NCBI GenBank assembly: GCA_965644295.1
Contig: CBFFRP010000303.1
Coordinates: 23,251-87,250, forward strand
Length of the DNA stretch: 64,000 nucleotides
Reading direction: 5' to 3'
From: Paraphysomonas bandaiensis
Taxonomy: Eukaryota; Protista; Chrysophyceae
The first letter of the stretch is position 1. Each line of letters starts with the position of its first letter. Below are positions 61,301 through 64,000 of this stretch, one piece after another. The notes below the pieces were generated by a model. The model was not told where the DNA came from. It did not search any database and saw only the letters and a program-made list of their open reading frames with translations. The translations under genes and the position numbers were made by a program.

Positions 61301-63162
61301 CGGACTCAATCACGAACAACAATAGGACATCAAAGACGACCAGCACCAGAACAACCTCGTCCAGCAGCACCAAGCTAGCACGAACAAATCGACAGATTCT
61401 GCAGGCTTCAACCCCTGGAGCACTACCATCGCACAAGAAGATGCAGTTGAAACACGCCCAAACTGCGTTGACAAGTCGATGCCAGCCAACCCGGAAAGCC
61501 AAAAAGGTCGTAAATTACGATGAAAGTGACCAACCAACGAACCTTCACAACTCACACCAATCCACGACCACACGAACGATCAGACCAACTCCAGCACTTG
61601 ATACCACCAGCTGGGACAAGGACTGGTCAAGAAAGTTCTACATTGCGTACGCCGATAACACTGCCAAAGGACTATCCCTTTATGCGAAGAACACATTCCC
61701 AGCAGACGTCATCATTGCTGAGTACAAAGGCAAACGCTATCCACTAACAAAGCTGAGTCAGTCTGCAAGGCGTTCTGATTACATAGTTCAAGACAGCACT
61801 GGTACCTTCGCAATAGATGGCTTTGACCAAGTCCGACAATGTGTAACATGCGAAGCTGGGTATATTAATGACCCCCTAGCCACAAACATGGCTAATATCA
61901 AGTTTGTCACGAAAAATAAACGCCTCTATGTCCGTACAATACGTCCCATTGCTAAGGATGAAGAACTTCTCATCAACTACGGGCATCATTACTGGTGTGA
62001 TCAACGCTGGCCACTTGAGATATTAATCCAAGCCAGGGCTGCGTACGACAGCGACATAGGCGGTGCCAATAAAGCAGTATGGGACAGACTCCTTGCAGAC
62101 AAGAGTGGAACTCCTACAGAGACCTCCAGCAGCATCCCCAAGGCTCCCTCGGGAGCAGCCATGGGACTCCGACTCTCCACATGGAACACAAATGGCAATC
62201 CGGCATCTCACACAGGCAAAGTCCAAGCTATCATCCGACACTTTAAGCGGCAAAAATTGGACGTGCTCCTATTACAGGATGTCCGTCTAACAGAAACTCA
62301 GGCCAACTTCTTCACACGTATCATAGAAGATGCAATCCAGGGATCAAGAATATGCCTCTTCCTCAGCAAGCAGCCAAAACTGACTTCAAGAGACCCACTA
62401 ATGGGGGGTACAGTAGTCATAATCAGCGAATACTGGAAGCGCCGTCTCGCCTTCACAAAGGCTGACTTTACGGGACTTGGTTTAGTGAGCCGACTAGAGT
62501 TCAAAACGTCGGTGGCGCACACCCTAGTACTAATAAGCGTCTATCTACCCCCGAAGCCATCCACGCCAGGCTCTTGCACATTATGGAGCAAATTGACCAA
62601 GCTAGGGAGAGCGTCCCGTGGTATCTGTACTGCTGACCCCTACAAGCTCCTATGCAACATCCTTACGAAATGGGTCACTAAAGCCAGAGCCAAGGACCAT
62701 ACTGTCATTGTCGCCGGCGACTTCAATGGCTCCATGGAGACAAATCCGAAAGGCAGAGACATACGACCACTTGCCGACAAACTCCAACTGGCTGCACCAC
62801 TCCATGAGCTTCTCCTACCCAGGAAAACATATCATACCTTCCACAGATTAGACAAAGGAATATCGCGGATCGATCATATTCTACACACGCCGTTACTTCC
62901 GAACATGTCTGTTACGGACACTGGCTGCCTTGACTCCCCCTCACTACTCGCAGCAGCCTTCGATCATCGACCGGTCTGGGTCGGTTTCACTGTACCAGTC
63001 AATCTTGACCCTCGACCACCTGAGTCGCACCTCCGAATCCCCCCGTCTCAATGTAAACCCGAAGGACTCCAAGGAAGTACAGGCATACACCGCAAGACTC
63101 CTCCAACTTCATGCACAACTACCACATTTAGACAACGGATCGTCTGCCATACTCCCTCCTGA
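58369..63162 (+). CDS. LINE polyprotein N-terminal part: OTU-like protease, SET domain, APE endonuclease
   Basis: IPSDGYCAY...WLS...DAHYF (~60680-61190); KGLSLYA..EYKG..AGYINDP..DEELLINYGHHYW (~61633-61995); STWNTNG, LLQD, VAGDFN, SRIDHI, FDHRPV (~62167-62990). True start uncertain. Confidence 0.82.
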   Translation: MSLLRLWLSHISVPRAFYTPLLLHFVDHHASDKLPVTPCCTRSKPPCLALQPSPYSTTSVKPRACTNAALTAPTCYPLSRQLRLTHRFLRLQPLRAWLVRAGSRKRPPWTPYAITEYSRSLSTVQQGCLLPPTQPNPTWFVCGPSTQQATPSPCSPITPTAHPSHWIDTVFRIRYTRLLYYCVLQDVYHSVYTSTAVGHITMSMYLSTCTVGHITMSMYLSTCTVGHITMSMYLYTCTVGHITSSLSLSNTLITPLQCHTHTQYTLPPPRKPPDKLSPLPYWAYWSTHYSSFLPQTQFLPSYDVFCSNDHFFLDTKYPVELELHALLERIPDLVIMRLQNVLQCHSKGMQGVHRARSINHPSHALQGKEFSSDNSGDGPSKSTHTLPLPTKDATTPYATLFDYFPVKRKPPTTNLTQLNTMGTPALAPDGPSSLSTTTPDLRPDVLPKDIATYPLHYTEGRGHTPFHSDLLNNWVRYDETQTIAASPQGNLLKEIYAHMLSPACLDIWEGFIAKASRTDNYDLMISFTLPEHKLDTTHSALLVAQHLANGNKPWADSTHVVSRHVRTLCLTKGIPSTATVTLRKTLMQYESSNPHTGLHLDTEDFQLLLDLLSIPYRLWDAVQPHLAPGWAQLSPFSRQALTVHASTNTVVTHDIIRSQHGFHILNATNIPTSIMHALTRTQERLSCFLQHQTSRQSTNIIWTSEPSTVPSMLHEQREQQEQREVIAVSLSPRARRQLRQMNPTDRRQLRLHMCDMSRVYRLTLRPSALRTQQHIPSDGYCAYSTLYHLHILASSRRHTRSCLKLDLKQRKDRHTLASFINTLGTQAFDTMQRECMAHHTLQPLRHKLDHAQAALLIPAKTTYTTEDDITHWLSVREVHLLASTINPCTTWAQNGNYLSIVGIPTDKVAYNIAWKVEELRNAIRDNYYHVILQDAHYFLLDPAGLSTALDNALLSLENTLATSILSTSDPIAPPTLPADSITNNNRTSKTTSTRTTSSSSTKLARTNRQILQASTPGALPSHKKMQLKHAQTALTSRCQPTRKAKKVVNYDESDQPTNLHNSHQSTTTRTIRPTPALDTTSWDKDWSRKFYIAYADNTAKGLSLYAKNTFPADVIIAEYKGKRYPLTKLSQSARRSDYIVQDSTGTFAIDGFDQVRQCVTCEAGYINDPLATNMANIKFVTKNKRLYVRTIRPIAKDEELLINYGHHYWCDQRWPLEILIQARAAYDSDIGGANKAVWDRLLADKSGTPTETSSSIPKAPSGAAMGLRLSTWNTNGNPASHTGKVQAIIRHFKRQKLDVLLLQDVRLTETQANFFTRIIEDAIQGSRICLFLSKQPKLTSRDPLMGGTVVIISEYWKRRLAFTKADFTGLGLVSRLEFKTSVAHTLVLISVYLPPKPSTPGSCTLWSKLTKLGRASRGICTADPYKLLCNILTKWVTKARAKDHTVIVAGDFNGSMETNPKGRDIRPLADKLQLAAPLHELLLPRKTYHTFHRLDKGISRIDHILHTPLLPNMSVTDTGCLDSPSLLAAAFDHRPVWVGFTVPVNLDPRPPESHLRIPPSQCKPEGLQGSTGIHRKTPPTSCTTTTFRQRIVCHTPS
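58955..59097. repeat. 42-bp tandem repeat x~3.5 in the LINE 5' region
   Basis: Unit TACTGTTGGACACATCACCATGTCCATGTACCTGTCTACCTG; preserves the frame. Confidence 0.93.
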
Positions 63163-64000
63163 GGTGGCAGCCAACAGACTAGCGGCCATCCATCACATAA
63201 CCCTCCAGGCTTCGCTTGAAGCGAAGCGTCCTGCATGTACTTATAGCACACGACTACACGAACGTTGTCAGCGCAAACGCTCAAAGTTCAAGAATGGCTT
63301 TTCCCCGGAAATGAGAGTAATACAGGAAGGAATGATCATGGTTTTGCGGATTATCCAAAAGATGTTCAATTCTGCCGGATACAAACGGCATGGATGGCGC
63401 GGCCCCCCGGCAACCACCCCCACCCACGAAATCATCACTGCATGGTTCATCCGATGGGACTCCTATCTCAGGAGTTCTCAGGGTCACATCAAAGGCATAT
63501 CAGACATCAACTTCTGGTGCAGCCATCGCAACGCGGACCCACGAGTAATCCTGGGTTGGAACGAAAAGCAAGCCACCAAGAAAAACCTTCTCCGAATTGC
63601 CTTGCGACTGAGAGGACTTCTTCATGGAAGAGCCAGGACAGAAATGCGGACTAGACTCACGGCTCGCACCAATCAGATGGAGGCACTGCTACAGCAGAAA
63701 AGACTTCAAGCAATTCTTCAGAAAATTGGTCTCAAGGTCAAAACACCACTCCGACTTACCACGGTGAAAACAACTGACGGACACATCCTCACAACACCGC
63801 AAGACATTCATGAAGGCATTAATGCGCACTTCCGTGAACATCATGCCAAACCTCCTGGACTTGACCCTGTAGCACAACAGCTCCAGGATGACCCTACATG
63901 GTGGAAATCCCTTCTTGATCCGGGCTCAGCGACATGCCAGGAACCACTCCACCCCCGCTCGAAAATCCCTCTTCCCCTGCAACTGGGGTTACGACGGGCC
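63044..64000 (+). CDS. Continuation of the LINE polyprotein in the +1 frame (endonuclease-RT linker)
   Basis: Open without stops to the window end: RLNVNPKDSKEVQAY...GFSPEM...LHGRARTEMR...DGHILTTPQDIH. Confidence 0.8.

Larger units (their letters stand above)
58298..64000 (+). mobile_element. Non-LTR retrotransposon (APE-type LINE), running off the window
   Basis: APE endonuclease followed by the typical pre-RT linker (DGHILTTPQDIHEGINAHFREH); intronless, C/A-rich sense strand. The RT itself is not visible. Confidence 0.85.

Overview
Compact, intron-rich eukaryotic DNA. The gene content and ~45-65 nt GT-AG introns suggest a stramenopile-type protist (inference). About 18 host genes are present, 16 of them in eight head-to-head pairs: EF-hand NCKX/YIF1, hypothetical/FkbM methyltransferase, TPR/tail-anchored protein, Clu-domain/PH-domain, ZNG1(CobW)/GPCR-like, SAM methyltransferase/CCR4, CDK9-like/CDF transporter and DOT1-like/coiled-coil. 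The other two are a P-loop GTPase-like gene and a spliced RPS29 missed by the ORF track. Mobile DNA occupies the non-promoter intervals: an intact, very young Ty1/copia element (non-canonical TG...TA LTRs) nested in the LTR of a deleted copia derivative, several solo LTRs, MULE- and hAT-type non-autonomous elements, and a 305-bp tandem array. Two observations stand out. (1) A ~450-550 bp non-autonomous retroposon family (7 heads, 11-13 bp TSDs) has a precisely conserved 5' end that folds like an HDV-type self-cleaving ribozyme resembling the trypanosomatid ingi/L1Tc/SIDER signature, and shares its 3' tail with a LINE fragment. (2) A non-LTR retrotransposon at the right edge carries an OTU-like cysteine protease and a SET domain fused in front of its APE endonuclease. 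Exon boundaries and RNA folds were read by eye and need computational confirmation.
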